From: Mustelus asterias
Taxonomy: Eukaryota
Direction: 5' to 3'
Assembly (NCBI RefSeq): GCF_964213995.1
Contig: NW_027590141.1
Location: 496,001 to 560,000, forward strand
DNA length: 64,000 bases
Made by a program: the position numbers and the translations under genes. This document shows positions 47,043-60,212 of the stretch, one piece after another (the stretch's first letter is position 1; each line of letters begins with the position of its first letter). A model generated the notes under the pieces. That model was not told where the DNA came from. It saw nothing but the letters and a program-made list of their open reading frames with translations, and did not search any database.

Positions 47043-47717
47043 ATGGAGAAACCATGGGAATGTGGGGACTGTGGGAAGAGATACAGTTACCCATCAGAGC
47101 TGGAAGCTCATCGGCGCAGCCACACTGGGGAGAGGCCATTCATCTGCTCGCAGTGTGAGAAGGGATTCATTCAGTCATCCAGCCTGCAGAGGGACCAGCA
47201 AATTCACACTGGAGAGAGACTGTTCATCTGCTCTCAGTGTGGAAAGGGATTCACTCAGTCATCCCACCTGCAGACACACCAGCGAGTTCACACTGGAGAG
47301 AGACCGTTCACCTGCTCTCAGTGTGGGAAGGGATTCACTCAGTTATCCAGCCTGCAGACACACCAGCGAGTTCACACTGGGGAGAAGCCATTCACCTGCT
47401 CTCAGTGTGGGGAGGGATTCACTTGTTCATCTAACCTGCAGGTGCACCAGCGAGTTCACACTGGGGAGAGGCCATTCACCTGCTCTCAGTGTGAGAAGGG
47501 ATTCATTTGTTTATCCCGCCTGCGGAGGCACCAGCGAGTTCACACTGGGGAGAAACCATTCACCTGCTCTCAGTGTGGGAAGGGATTCACTGACTCATCC
47601 AGCCTGCGGATACACCAGCGAGTTCACACTGGGGAGAGGCCATTCACCTGCTCTCAGTGTGGGAAGGGATTCAGAGTTTCATCCCAGCTGCTGAGACACC
47701 AACAATTTCACGAGTGA
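47043..47717 (+). CDS. C2H2 zinc-finger gene, 8 fingers (finger 2 His to Asp)
   Basis: ACCATGG start, acceptor at 46707, homogenised CSQC fingers, conserved 3' module. Confidence 0.88.
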   Translation: MEKPWECGDCGKRYSYPSELEAHRRSHTGERPFICSQCEKGFIQSSSLQRDQQIHTGERLFICSQCGKGFTQSSHLQTHQRVHTGERPFTCSQCGKGFTQLSSLQTHQRVHTGEKPFTCSQCGEGFTCSSNLQVHQRVHTGERPFTCSQCEKGFICLSRLRRHQRVHTGEKPFTCSQCGKGFTDSSSLRIHQRVHTGERPFTCSQCGKGFRVSSQLLRHQQFHE

Positions 47718-47939
47718 TTCCAGAGGTTGGATTCTGCTGTTATTGTTTCTGCTCTCAATTACATCCAGGACTGCATTTTGTTCATTCTCACAGTTGGTCA
47801 ATGGGGAGGGTCGGGGGGTTTCTTTCTGCTGGACTGGCCGGTCTCACGACTTTGCCTCCAGTGGGCTGATTCTCTTTGAGTCTTGTTGCGAATACCTGGT
47901 TTCAGATTTCACAAGGATCACAGAGTGACAGGATGTTAG

Positions 47940-48560
47940 GAGGTTATAGAGGTTTAGAACATGGAAACAGGCCCTTCGGCCCAACTTGTCCATGCTGCTC
48001 AGTTTTTACCACTAAGCTAGTCCCAAAAGGGGTGGCACAGTTGTTAGCACTGTTCCTTCACAGCTCCAGGGACCTGGGTTCAATTCCCGGCTTGGGTCAC
48101 TGTCTGTGTGGAGTTTGCACATTCTCCTCTTGTCTGCGTGGGTTTCCTCCGGGTGCTCCGGTTTCCTCCCACAGTCCAAAGATGTGCGGGTTCGGTTGAT
48201 TGGCCATGCTAAAAATTGCCCTTAGTGTCCTGAGATGCGTAGGTTAGAAGGATTAGTGGGTAAATATGTAGGGATATGGGGGTAGGGCCTGGGTGGGATT
48301 GTGGTCGGTGCAGACTCGATGGGCCGAATGGCCTCTTTCTGTACTGTAGGGTTTCTATGTTTCTAGGTTAATTGCCCGTATTTTGCCCATATTCCTCTGT
48401 ACCCATCTTACCCATGTAACTGTCTAAATGTTTTTGAAAAGACAGTATTGTACCCGCCTCTACTACTGCCTCTGGCAACTCGTTCCAGAAACTCACCACC
48501 ATCTGAGTGAAAAACTGCCCCTCTGGACCCTTTTGTATCTCTCCCCTCTCACTTTAAACC
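47940..48560 (-). mobile_element. CR1 3' fragment with a nested SINE
   Basis: The tail sequence ..ctagtcccaa resumes as aattgcccgt after the SINE. Confidence 0.8.
48028..48366 (+). mobile_element. Full-length HE1-like SINE
   Basis: A/B boxes, V-domain and tail. Confidence 0.92.
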
Positions 48561-48599
48561 TAAAACTAAGAACAAGGAATGTATCGATAAAATGATTAG

Positions 48600-48777
48600 A
48601 GAACAGAGCCAATGTTTCGAGTCTGGATGACACTTCATACGAGCTGTTATGAAGGGTCATCCAGTATCAAAACATGAGCTATATTCTCTCTCCACAGATG
48701 CCGTCAGACCCGCTGAGATTTTCCAGCATTTTCTGTTTTTGTTTCAGATTCCAGCATCCGCAGTATTTTACTCTTCT
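48600..48777. mobile_element. Palindromic Penelope family-2 mini-insert with a 14-bp TSD
   Basis: TSD gataaaatgattag at 48586 and 48778; two head-to-head degenerate hammerhead-like motifs centred near 48643. Confidence 0.8.
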
Positions 48778-49159
48778 GATAAAATGATTAGTTCTGATTG
48801 GAATCCCCACGACCCTCCCGCAAAACAGAGGGAGTGGTGGCAAAAGGAGAAAAAGGATAAGGATGATAAAGACTGCGTTCTGATTCTCCGAGCCCATGTA
48901 GTTTTAACAAAACGAGTGAACCAGTTTATAAAGAACAGAAGTTACCCATCGCGAACAAAAACTGATCAAATTAAAATAATTAGGTTGAGGAAGAGAACAA
49001 AAGAATTAATAGATGAAGTTTAAAATCAACTTTGTTTTGCTGTTAGAGAAGTTTTTTAAAATTATGTAAAGTGATGTAACTGTGTACCAAGTGTTTTCTG
49101 TTCACTCCCCGCTTTAGGTCCTGTAGAAAAGTTAACCCTTTCAGCAGACAGTTGATTTC

Positions 49160-52110
49160 GTCATGGAGTCATAGAGGTTTACAGCATGGAAACAGGCCCT
49201 TTGGCCCAACTTGTCCATGCCGCCCCTTTTTTAACCCCTAAGTTAGTCCCAATTGCCCGCGTTTGGCCCATATCCCTCTATACCCATCTTACCCATGTAA
49301 TGGTCCAAACACTTTTTAAGATTGAACCCACCTCTACTATTATTGCTCGCACAAGGGGACATAGCTTTAAATTGAGGGGTGAGAGTTCTTTACTAGAGAG
49401 TAGTAAGGGCGTGGAATGCCCTGCCTGCAGCAGTCGTGGACTCGTCAACATTAAGAGCATTCAAATGGTTATTGGATAAACATATGGATGATATTGGAAT
49501 AGTGTAGATTAGAGGGGCTTTAGATTGGTTCCACTGGTCGGCACAACATCGAGGGCCAAAGGGCCTGTACTGCGCTGTAATGTTTTATGTTCTATTACCT
49601 CTGGCAGCTTTTTCCAGACACTCATCACCCTCTGTTAGAAAGAAATGCCCCTCTGGACCCTTTTGTATCTCTCCCCTCTCTTAAACCTATGCTCTCTAGT
49701 TTTAGACTCCCCTACCTTTGGGAAAAGATGTTGACTATGTAGCTGATCTATGCTTCTCATTATTTTATGAACCTCTATAAGGTCATCCCTAAGCCTCCTA
49801 CACTCCAGGGAAAAATGTCTCAGTCTATCCAGCCTCTCCTTATAACTCAAACCATCAAGTCCTGGTAGCATCCTTGTAAATCATTTCTGCACTCTTTCTA
49901 GTTTAATAATATCCTTTCTATAATAGGGTGACCAGAACTGTACACAGTATTCCACATGTGGTCTTCCCAATGTCTTGTACAACTTCAACAAGACATTCCA
50001 ACTCCTGTATTCAATGTTCTGACCGATGAAACCAAGCATGCCGAATGCCTTCTTCACCACTCTGTCCACCTGTGACTCCACTTTCAAGGAGTTATGAACC
50101 TGTACCCCTCGATCTCTTTGTTCTTTAACTCTCCCCAACGCCCAACCATTAACCTGCCCAGGTTCGATCGACCAAAATGCATCACCTCGCATTTATCTAA
50201 ATTAAACTCCATCTGCCATTCGTCAGCCCATTGGCCCAATTGATCAAGATCCTGTTGCAATCCGAGATAACCTTCTTCACTGTCCACTATGCCACCAATC
50301 TTGGTGCCATCTGAAAAGTTACGATCCATGCCTCCTACATTGTCATCCAAATCATTCTTATAAATGTCAAATAACAGTGGACCCAGCAGCGATCCCTGAG
50401 GCACCCCGCTGGTCACAGGCCTCCAGTTTGAAAAAAACCTTCGACAACCACCCTCTGTCTTCTGTCATCAAGCCAATTTTGTATCCATTTGGCTACCTCA
50501 CCTGGATCCCATGAGATTTAACCTTATGCAACAACCTACCATGTGGTACCTTGTCAAAGGTCTTGCTAAAGTCCATGTAGACAACATCAACTGCACTGCC
50601 CTCATCTACCTTCTTGGTTACCCCTTCAAAAAACTCAACCAAATTTGTGAGACATGATTTTCCACTCACAAAGCCATGCTGACCGTCCCTAATCAGTCCT
50701 TGTGTCTCTAAATGCCTGTAGATCCTGTCTCTCAAAGTACCTTCTGACAACTTACCCACTACAGATGTGAGGCTCACCGGCCTGTAGTTCCCAGGCTTTT
50801 CCCTGCAGCCCTTTTTAAACAAAGGCACAACATTTGCCACCATCCAATCTTCAGGCACCTCACCTGTGACTATCGATGATTCAAATATCTCTGCTAGGGG
50901 ACTCGCAATTTCCCCCCCTAGCCTCCCACAGTGTCCTGGGATACACTTCATCAGGTCCCAGGGATTTATCTACCTTGATGTGCTTTAAGACTTCCAGCAC
51001 CTCCTTCTCTGTGATAAGTACATTCCTCAAGACATCACTATTTTTTTCCCCAAGTTCCTTAACATCCATCCCTTTCTGACCAGTGAATACTGATGAGAAA
51101 TATTCATTTAGGATCTCACCCATCTCTTGTGGATCCGCACATAGATGACCTTGTTGATCCTTAAGAGGTCCTACTCTCTCCCTAGTTACTCTTTTGCCCT
51201 TTATGTATTTGTAGAACCTCTTTGGATTCTCCTTTGCCTTATCTGCCAAAACAATCTCGTGTCTTCTTTTTGCTCTCCTGATTTCTCTCTTAACTCTACT
51301 CCTACACCCCCTATACTCTTCAAGGGATACACTTGATCCCAGCTGCCTATGCATGTCATGTGCCTCCTTCTTCTTCTTGACCAGAGCCTCAATATCCCAA
51401 GTCATTCAAGGTTCCCTACTTCTCCCAGCCTTGCTCTTCACTCTAAGAGGAATGTGCTTACCCTGAACCCTGGTTAAAACACTTTTGAAAGCCTCCCACT
51501 TACCAGACGTCCCTTTGCCTTCCCACAGTTAACTGTCGAAAGTTCCTGCCTGATACCATCAACATTGGCCTTGCCCTAATTTAGAATTTTTACTTTTGGG
51601 CCAGACCAATCATTTTCCATAGCTATCTTAAAACTAATGGAATTATGGTCACTGGTCCCAAAGTGATCCCTCACTCACACTTCTATCACCTGCCCTTCCT
51701 TATTTCCCAAGAGGAGGTGAAGTTTTGCCCCCTCTCTAGTCAGGCCATCCACATACTGAATGAGAAATTCCTCCTGAATACACTCAACAAATTTCTCTCC
51801 ATCCAACCCTCTCATACTATGGCTGTCCCAGTCAATGTTGGAAAGTTAAAATCTCCGACTATTACCACCCAATTTTTCTTGGAACTATCTGTATTCTCCT
51901 TACATATTTGCTCCTCAATTTCCCGCCGACTATTTGGGGGCCTATAGTACAACCCTATCAAAGTGATTTCCCCCTTCTTATATCGACTCAGTGGGCGAAC
52001 CCTTGGATATATCCCCTCTCAGTACTGCCATGATGTTTTCCTGAATCAAAAGTGCAACTCCCCCTCTTTTCTTTTTTCTCCTGTTCTGTCTTTCCTCTGG
52101 CATCTTGTTT
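49160..52110 (-). mobile_element. About 2.7-kb degenerate CR1 LINE with a nested plus-strand CR1 tail (about 49345-49595)
   Basis: ORF pieces 50881-51405, 50493-50951 (NYRPVSLTS), 50084-50416, 49881-50192 and 49635-49871. Confidence 0.93.
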
Positions 52111-53219
52111 TTAAATTGTTTTTAAATCGCCCGGAAACTCGTGTCTATTTTAGTTTCTAATTGTGGATTTATTGGAGCCAATTAAATGTGGAAATTTTAA
52201 GCGTAGCCTGGAAGAATTTGGAATAACTGAGAATTTTATTGTGTTGTCACCTCAACCCAAGATAAAGAACAAAGAGTTTGCAAATGGTAACGTTTGGGAT
52301 TTTAAATCAACAAAGACTAGATGTTGCCTGTAAAGTCAGGCTTTGGAAGTTGGCTTAAAAAAGGTTAAGTTATAATGAAGGATCTTGTATCTTATTTTAA
52401 TCAAGGAGTTGTGAGCTTGTAGTGCTCTGTCACTTTAAGAAGCTATAGCTGCGAGAGAGAATGCTGAGGATTCATTGTTTGAAATTTACGAGCTGTGAGA
52501 ATCTGTGTGTTTTGTTTGTTTTATGTGGATGTTTGTCGATGTGTTTTATCATTGTTTTGGGCTACATTTGTTAAGGTTTATCTTTCTGGGGAATTAACCT
52601 TACCATGAGTCTTTAATTAAAGGCATTTTTGGAAGTTTAAAAACAGAATTACAAGAATGCTTAAGTAATTAATTTTGGTTATTGTTGTTGTAAAGCACAT
52701 GCTAAGTTTCTCTGTTTGTGTGTGGATGATATTTGTGGATTGAACGCTTCAGGCTTTGAGTTTTTCTGTCTGTGATTTAAATCAAACATTTAAAAAAGGA
52801 AGTGTAATTCATAAAATGTTTTTTTTCAAAAGTTATGAACTTGGAGCCATATTTACTGGACAGAGACTTCTTTCCAGGATATTTCTCTAAACATGCAGGA
52901 ATTTTAATCCGGATAAAACTCACATGTGAGAATGAGAGTTTTAATTTGTAATGGTTATTTAAAATTTGGTACATATGAAACGACTCTGACCAATCCTGTG
53001 TTGGATTGATCTTGGGTTAAACTTCCTGTCAGGTCCAAAGATTTATTCCTGACACAATGAACACAATGAAAAGGAAAATTCTGGAATTGGATACCGAAGA
53101 ACAGCGTTTAAAAGGAGAGATTATTAAATAGAAATGATTCCCAGACCGTGTGGTCATTAGATTAAAACAAAGGAAGGTTGCTGACATCCATTTGAGAACT
53201 TTTAATCCACCCCTTTTCA

Positions 53220-53573
53220 AACTGAGTCTATGTACAAAGAAAACGCCAAGGATGGTAGATAAGGGGGTCTGGAAAACATCATGATGGGGGCACCTATCTG
53301 TTCATGAGATGCTGACAAAGCCCCATGATGCCCAGATACTAATTTAATTGCACCGATATATAATGTATGTAATCTATCACCATTCTGATTGGATTGTGTC
53401 CAGCCGGGATGGGTTGAGTAACTGGATAAGAATTGATGATTTTCTTTGTTGGGTGGAGTTACACATGGTCAGCCCCTGTGGCTTCTCCCCGCTGGCGTAA
53501 CTCAATAAACTGTTTGTCGATTGAATCAGGTTTGAGTGTTGAATGATTCTTCTGAGTTCATTCCCCCCCAACA
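53220..53573 (+). mobile_element. Possible LTR
   Basis: TATA-like element near 53357, AATAAA near 53504, ends CA at the junction with the integrase fragment. Confidence 0.35.
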
Positions 53574-53574
53574 C

Positions 53575-53730
53575 ACTGGGTACATTACCACTTCATCCTT
53601 GGGAGTGGCCTGATAGGCCGTGGTCCAGACTACATGTGGCCCTTGGGGGGCCTTTCATGAATCACATGTTTTTGCTTGTTGTAGATGCACATTCAAAATG
53701 CTTGGAAGCACAGATCATGAGTAATATTAC
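53575..53730 (+). mobile_element. Ty3/Gypsy integrase fragment
   Basis: PLHPWEWPDRPWSRLHV..GPFMNHMFLLVVDAHSK. Confidence 0.85.
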
Positions 53731-53731
53731 A

Positions 53732-53826
53732 GGGCAATTAGGACTAGCTTAGTGGTAAAAACTGTGCGACATGTACAAGTTGGGCCGAAGGGCCTGTTTC
53801 CATGCTGTAAACCTCTATGACTCTAA
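53732..53826 (+). mobile_element. CR1 3' tail
   Basis: ttgggccgaagggcctgtttccatgctgtaaacctctatgactct. Confidence 0.75.
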
Positions 53827-54391
53827 CTACCTTTTTTGTGGCCTGAAGTTCCCACAATTGGAAAGCAGCCAGATTCGTTAAATAGACAGCATTAATTGTG
53901 AGACAATTAAATAATAAATGATTCATTGATACATATGTTATAAAGGCTGGAAATATAAATTTGAACACAAGTTTATAACTTTTAGAATTATAAACACATT
54001 AAGAATGGTTAAAATGCTGTGGGAATTATCAGATGTTCCCTTCCCATGCTGACAGAATAAAAAAAGATGAAAGGACTTGTTAACCTTGACTGGAGGGAAT
54101 GAATCGGCTCCTGTTCAAGATGTCTCAACATTGAATGACTGATGTGAACCAATTATCGGTCGACCCAATTATCAGGCTACCCCAAGCTAAGAGATATCGT
54201 TTGAGAGAAAGATATGTCTTAAAATTAAGACAATGTGTGCAATTAGCTAAAAACCAAATCAATTTCATTATTGACAAGTTATGGCTAATTCCTAACAATT
54301 GGCTGAGGATGGCTTTCTACATTTTTAAAGTATAAAAAAGGGATTCGAGAAACCAATTTGGTAAAAGTTTTTTAAAGTTAACTTTTTTTGT

Positions 54392-54677
54392 AGTTTGTTT
54401 ATTAGTGTCACACATAGACTTACATTAACATTGCAATGAAGTTACTCTGAAAATCCCCCAGTCGCCACACTCTGGCGCCTGTTTGGGTAAACTGAGGGAG
54501 AATTTAGCATAGCCAATGTACCCAACCAGCACGTCTTTCGGACTGTGGGAGGAAACCGGAGCACCCGGAGGAAACCTGCACAGACACGGGGAGAATGGGC
54601 GAACTCTGCACAGCCAGTGACCCAAGCCGGGAATCAAACCCTCTGCTGTGAGGCAGCAGTGCCTCACAATGTGCCCG
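54392..54677 (-). mobile_element. V-SINE with a non-HE1 3' tail
   Basis: tRNA head and V-domain, but the tail ends gtgacactaataaacaaac. Confidence 0.8.
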
Positions 54678-55509
54678 ACAGAGAGACGTTGGGAGCTGTT
54701 AGTTTTACAAGTTATCCACGTTTTCAGAGCCATCACTTCATGTCCTGGTTTGAGAAGGATGGAGAAGTTAAAGTTCAGCTTTCCTCCTTTTGCTGTAGAT
54801 CCATACTTTGCTTTTTTATCTTTCTGACTTGTTACATTTTTAATGGTTAATAAACTTTCTGAATTCACCATTTAAAATATCCTTTCTTGCCATATGGTTA
54901 AGTCACAAACCTGGTGTGATTTACGATGAGGGAAGTTATTGTAAACAAGAGAACCCCCATAAATCTTAGTTCAAACAAATCAAAGTTCTTACAAATGGAA
55001 TGTTATCCTTTATTCTGAGAGAAATTGAACAGAGAAGTAAAGATGTTATGCTCCAGTTGTGCAGGGCGTTGCTGAGATTGCACCTTGAACACAGGGTACA
55101 ATTTTGTCTCCTATTAAACAAAGGACATAAATGCATTGGAAGCAGTTCAGAGGAGGTTCACAAGATTGATTCCCAATCCAGTAGTGTGAAACATTAACAC
55201 TGTTTCTCTCTCCACAGATGCTGCAAGACGTGTTGTGTTTTTCCAGTTCTTTCTGTATTTATTTTAGATCGACCTGTAGTGGTAGGAAAAACACTATTTA
55301 CTATCCAGGATAAAATAAATGTCCTTTCAGTGGAAATGTGCTCTCCCAGGCTCAAAGAGCATCAGAGAACGAGAAGCAAAGTCGTGAGACCAGCCAGTCC
55401 AGCAGGAGGAAACCCTCCGACCCTCCCACTTCACCAACTGTCAGAATGAACATGGTTCAGTCCTGGATGTGATTAACAGCAGCAAGAACAGCAGAATCCA
55501 ACCCCTGTC

Positions 55510-55866
<357 letters not shown>

Positions 55867-55873
55867 TGATCAC

Positions 55874-56088
55874 ACGGGTTGGATCCTGCTGTTATTGTTT
55901 CTGCTCTCAATTACATCCAGGACTGCATTTTGTTCATTCTCACAGTTGGTCAATGGGGAGGGTCGGAGGGTTTCTTCCTGCTGGACTGGCCGGTCTCATG
56001 ACTTTGCCTCCAGTGGGCTGATGCTCTTTGAGTCTTGTTGTGAATACCTGGTTTCAGATTTCACACGGATCACAGAGTGACCGGGAGT
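55874..56088 (+). other. Orphan 3'UTR module matching 47724-47935
   Basis: Near-identical to the 3' flank of the gene at 47043, with no coding exon upstream. Confidence 0.8.
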
Positions 56089-56139
56089 GAGGAAGTTCAG
56101 AGATATTTAGTCAGCATTTCTGTCTAAAACCCCTCAAAT

Positions 56140-56422
56140 GCCCATCCAATTCCCTTTGTAATTGTTTATTGTCTCCACTTCCTCCACCCTCGTAGGCAGC
56201 GAGTTCCAGGTCATAACCATTCGCTGCATCAAAATATTCTTCCTCACATCTCCCCCCTACATCTCTGACCCAAAACCATAAATCTGTGTCCCCCTTGTCC
56301 TTGTCCCATCAGCTAATGGGAACAGCTTTTCTTTGTCCACCTTATCTAAACCTGTCAGAATCTTGTCCACCTCTATCAAATCTACCCTCAACCTCCTTTG
56401 CTCCAAGGGGAACAACCCCAGC
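56140..56422 (-). mobile_element. Old CR1 3' fragment
   Basis: LGLFPLEQRRLRVDLIEVDKIL. Confidence 0.75.
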
Positions 56423-57104
56423 CTGACATCGACAATAAAGAACAAACTAACAGAATATGTTAATACCTGAAATCAAATGGGAATGTTTAATTTCTGTTTT
56501 AAAGATATTGTGAATATATTGTCCTGGACAATAAAGGAATTGGAATAACTCACCTTGGATGTGGTTGAATGGAATATATCAATCTGGTATCCACCTACAG
56601 TCTAGGGAAAGTCTGGAATGTGTAGCTGGGATGAATAAGTTGATCACTTTCTCTGGGAGATATTTACAACTTTGTCCATGAACTTTGTTTTTTAAAAATC
56701 CACATTTGAAAGCCCGGCCACTACATGAAATATCAGCACCAGAACAGCAGGAGATAAGAAAGACAGACACTCACTTTGATCTTTTCATCCGCGCATCTGA
56801 GAGTTAAGAATGTGTGACATGATTTTGGGATACCGGAGTGAGTGTGCAGATGTGATTTGTTACATGTGAAAAATAACAAGCCTAAATTCATGGTGAGATG
56901 GAGTGAAGAGCGGGTCCCAAACACACACAGCTACTTGAGACACAGCAGGAGATGAAATGGTTAATGTGGCCAGGGCATTGAGACAACATTGTGACACCAT
57001 CAAGGCACTGACACTCCAGAGAGAAACTGAGTTCAAAACAATCAGGATCCAATTAAACACACTGCACATGCTCACAAAGTGAGGAAAATTACAGTAAAAT
57101 GGAT

Positions 57105-57822
57105 AATCTATTCATCGAGAAGGAAAGAAGCTGGTGCAGAATGTAGTGTTACAGTCAGAGCGAGGGTGCAGAAAAAGATCAACTGAATGTGAGGTAGGTC
57201 CATTCAAAAGTCTGATGGCAGCAGGGAGGAAGCTGCTCTTCAGTCAGTTGGTACATGTCCTGATTTTTGTGTCTTTTTCCTGACAGAAGGTGCAAGAGAG
57301 AATGTCTGGGGTGGGTGGGGTCCTTAATTATGCCGGCTGCTTTGTGGAGGCAGCGGGAAGTGTAGACGTAGTCAATGGATGGGAGGCTGGTTTGCGTGAT
57401 GGACTGGGTTTTGTTCACGACCTTTGTAGTTTATTGCGGTCTTGGACAGAGCAGGAGCCATACCAAGCTGTGATACAACCAAAAAGAATGCTTTCTTTGG
57501 TGAATCTGTAGAAGTTGGTGAGAGTCATAGCTGATGTGCTAAATTTCCTTAGTCTTCTGAGAAAGTAGAGGCGTTGGTGGGCTTAACTATAGTGTCGGCA
57601 TGGGGGGGACCAGGACAGGTTGTTGGTGATTGGGACACCTAAAAACATGAAGCTCTCGACCATTTCTGTATCGTCCCCATTGAAGTAGACAGTGGCATGT
57701 TCTCCTTTACGCTTCCTGAAACCGATGTCCGTCTCCTTCATTTAGTTGGTATTGAGGGAGAGATTATTGCCGCCGCACCAGTTCACCAGATTCTCTATCT
57801 CATTCCTGTCTCCGTCTCATCA
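57105..57822 (-). mobile_element. Rex1-like LINE 3' fragment
   Basis: Reverse match to 29250-29900 (SRCLHKAAGIIKDPTHP). Confidence 0.85.
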
Positions 57823-58158
57823 GTTCCCAAGAGCTTTTGAAGCCGCTCCCACATTCGGAGAATTTAAAGGATCTCTGCAGAGTGTGAGTGATGTTCTGTC
57901 TGTGCAGTCTGGATAACCGAGTAAATCCTTTCACACTCACCGAGCAGGTAAATGGTCTCTCCCCGGTGTGAACTCACTGGTGTTCCTGCAGGTTGGATGA
58001 CCATTTAAATCTCTTTGTGCAGTGAGAGTGTGCTGGTGGGACACCAATTAGCCAGAGCTTTTGAAGCCACGCCCACACACAGAGCAGCTGAACGGCCTCT
58101 CCCCTATGTAAATGCACTGGTTGATCATCAGTTCCTGAGAGGTTTTGAGTCCGGCCTC

Positions 58159-59616
58159 TCAGTCAGAGCATTTAAAGGGTCTCTCCTTGGTGTGAGTAAC
58201 ATTGTGTCTCAGCAAGCTGGATGACTGAGTGAATCCCTTTCCACACACAGAGCAGGGGAATGGTTTCTCCCCAGTGTGAACTCGCTGGTGTATCCACAGT
58301 GTGGATGACCTTTTAAATCTCTTTGTGCAGTGAGAGCAGCTGAACGGTCTCTCCTCAGTGTGAACTCGCTGGTGAATCAACAGTTCTTGAGAGCTTTCAA
58401 AACCAGTCCCACAGTCAGTGCATTGAAAGGGTCTCTCCTGGGTGTGAGTGCTTTTGTGCTTCAGCAGGCTGGACAACTGAGTGAATCCTTTCCCACACAC
58501 AGAGCAGGGGAATGGTTTCTCCCCAGTGTGAACTCGCTGGTGTTTCCACAGATTGGATGAACTTTTAAATCTCTTTGTGCAGTGAGAGCAGCTGAAGGGT
58601 CTCTCCTCAGAGTGAATGCGCTGGTGAATCATCAGATCCGCAGCACTTTTGAAGCCACGCCCACAGTCAGAGCATTTAAAAGGTCTCTCATTGCTGTGAG
58701 TGACTTTGTGTGTTGTCAGACCAGATGACTGAGTGAATCCCTTCCCACACACAGAGCAAGTGAATGGCCTCTTCCCAGTGTGAACCCGCTGGTGTACCCG
58801 CAGATTGGATGAGGTTTTGAACCTCTTTGTGCAGTGAGAGCAGCTGAACGGTCTCTCCTCAGTGTGAATGCGCTGGTGAATCATCAGATCCGCAGCACTT
58901 TTGAAGCCGCGCCCACAGTCAGAGCATTTAAAGGGCCTCTCATTGCTGTGAGTGACTTTGTGATTCTGTAAGTGGGATGATTGAGTGAATCCCTTTCCAC
59001 ACGCAGAGCAGGTGAATGGTCTCTCCCCAGTGTGAACTCGCTGGTGTGTCTGCAGGTGGGATGACCGATTGAATCCCTTCCCACACACAGAGCAGGTGAA
59101 CAGTCCCTCTGCAGTGTGAAAGCGTTTGTGGGACATCAGTTCACCAGAGCTTTTGAAGCCTCTCCCACAGTCAGGGCATTTAAAGGGTCTCTCCTGGGTG
59201 TGAGTGACTTTGTGTTTCAGCAGGCTGGATAACTGAGTGAATCCCTTCCCACACACAGAGCAGGTGAACGGTCTCTCCCCAGTGTGAACTCGCTGGTGTT
59301 GCCGCAGGTTGGATGATGTTCTGAATGTCTTTGTGCAGTGAGAGCAGCTGAACGGTCTCTCCTCAGTGTGAATGCGCTCGTGCTGTCTCAGATCCGCAGC
59401 ACGTTTGAAGCCGCTTCCACAGTCAGAGCATTTAAAGGGTCTCTCATTGCTGTGAGTGACTTTGTGTCTGAGCAGGTGGGATAACTGAATGTATCCCTTC
59501 CCACACACAGAGCAGGTGAATGGCCTCTCCCCGGTGTGACTGCGTCGATGGATTTCCAGGTCACAGGGGGCTCTGTATCTCTTCCCACAGTCCCCACATT
59601 TCCACGGTTTCTCCAT
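58159..59616 (-). CDS. C2H2 zinc-finger gene, 17 fingers in a 3-finger higher-order repeat
   Basis: ACCATGG start; stop inside finger 18 (CSD*); decayed fingers continue to about 57823; acceptor near 59975. Confidence 0.9.
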   Translation of the reverse strand: MEKPWKCGDCGKRYRAPCDLEIHRRSHTGERPFTCSVCGKGYIQLSHLLRHKVTHSNERPFKCSDCGSGFKRAADLRQHERIHTEERPFSCSHCTKTFRTSSNLRQHQRVHTGERPFTCSVCGKGFTQLSSLLKHKVTHTQERPFKCPDCGRGFKSSGELMSHKRFHTAEGLFTCSVCGKGFNRSSHLQTHQRVHTGERPFTCSACGKGFTQSSHLQNHKVTHSNERPFKCSDCGRGFKSAADLMIHQRIHTEERPFSCSHCTKRFKTSSNLRVHQRVHTGKRPFTCSVCGKGFTQSSGLTTHKVTHSNERPFKCSDCGRGFKSAADLMIHQRIHSEERPFSCSHCTKRFKSSSNLWKHQRVHTGEKPFPCSVCGKGFTQLSSLLKHKSTHTQERPFQCTDCGTGFESSQELLIHQRVHTEERPFSCSHCTKRFKRSSTLWIHQRVHTGEKPFPCSVCGKGFTQSSSLLRHNVTHTKERPFKCSD

Positions 59617-59666
59617 GGTGCGGGTGTCCTTGTGACTCTCCAGGTTAAACAATCAGTTAAATCTCA

Positions 59667-59885
<219 letters not shown>

Positions 59886-60212
59886 TCAGGTCCGATGAAT
59901 TGAGTGAGGGTGTCAGATGCTGATGTGATGTTTGTTTCAAGATTTTGGTCTGTTAATCCTCACCTTCTCATATCCTGTAAATGAGTTTGAAAAATTCATC
60001 AATGTCAGCACAGGATAGAAATTCAGAACAGACAATTCTAGTTTCTATGGAACATTCTTTCCTCTCTCATTCCCCAAAAGCTGTAAATCTCCATCCCACA
60101 CACTCTCCCTCCATTCTCACTCTGCTGTATCTAATATTCATCCTCCCAGTTCTCCTGAAGGTGCTGATTGAGGCTGATTGACAGATCCATGCTCACTGCT
60201 TCCTGTCCTGGA

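Noticed and set aside
47000-47045. Selenocysteine recoding of the shared upstream TGA
   Set aside because: The TGA is at a helix position rather than a Cys position, one copy has TAA, the upstream fingers are frameshifted, and no SECIS was recognised.
46981-47694. Repetitive proteins of the [17 protein letters not shown] type
   Set aside because: These are alternative frames of zinc-finger repeats; the same applies to 19885-20412 and 61813-62343.
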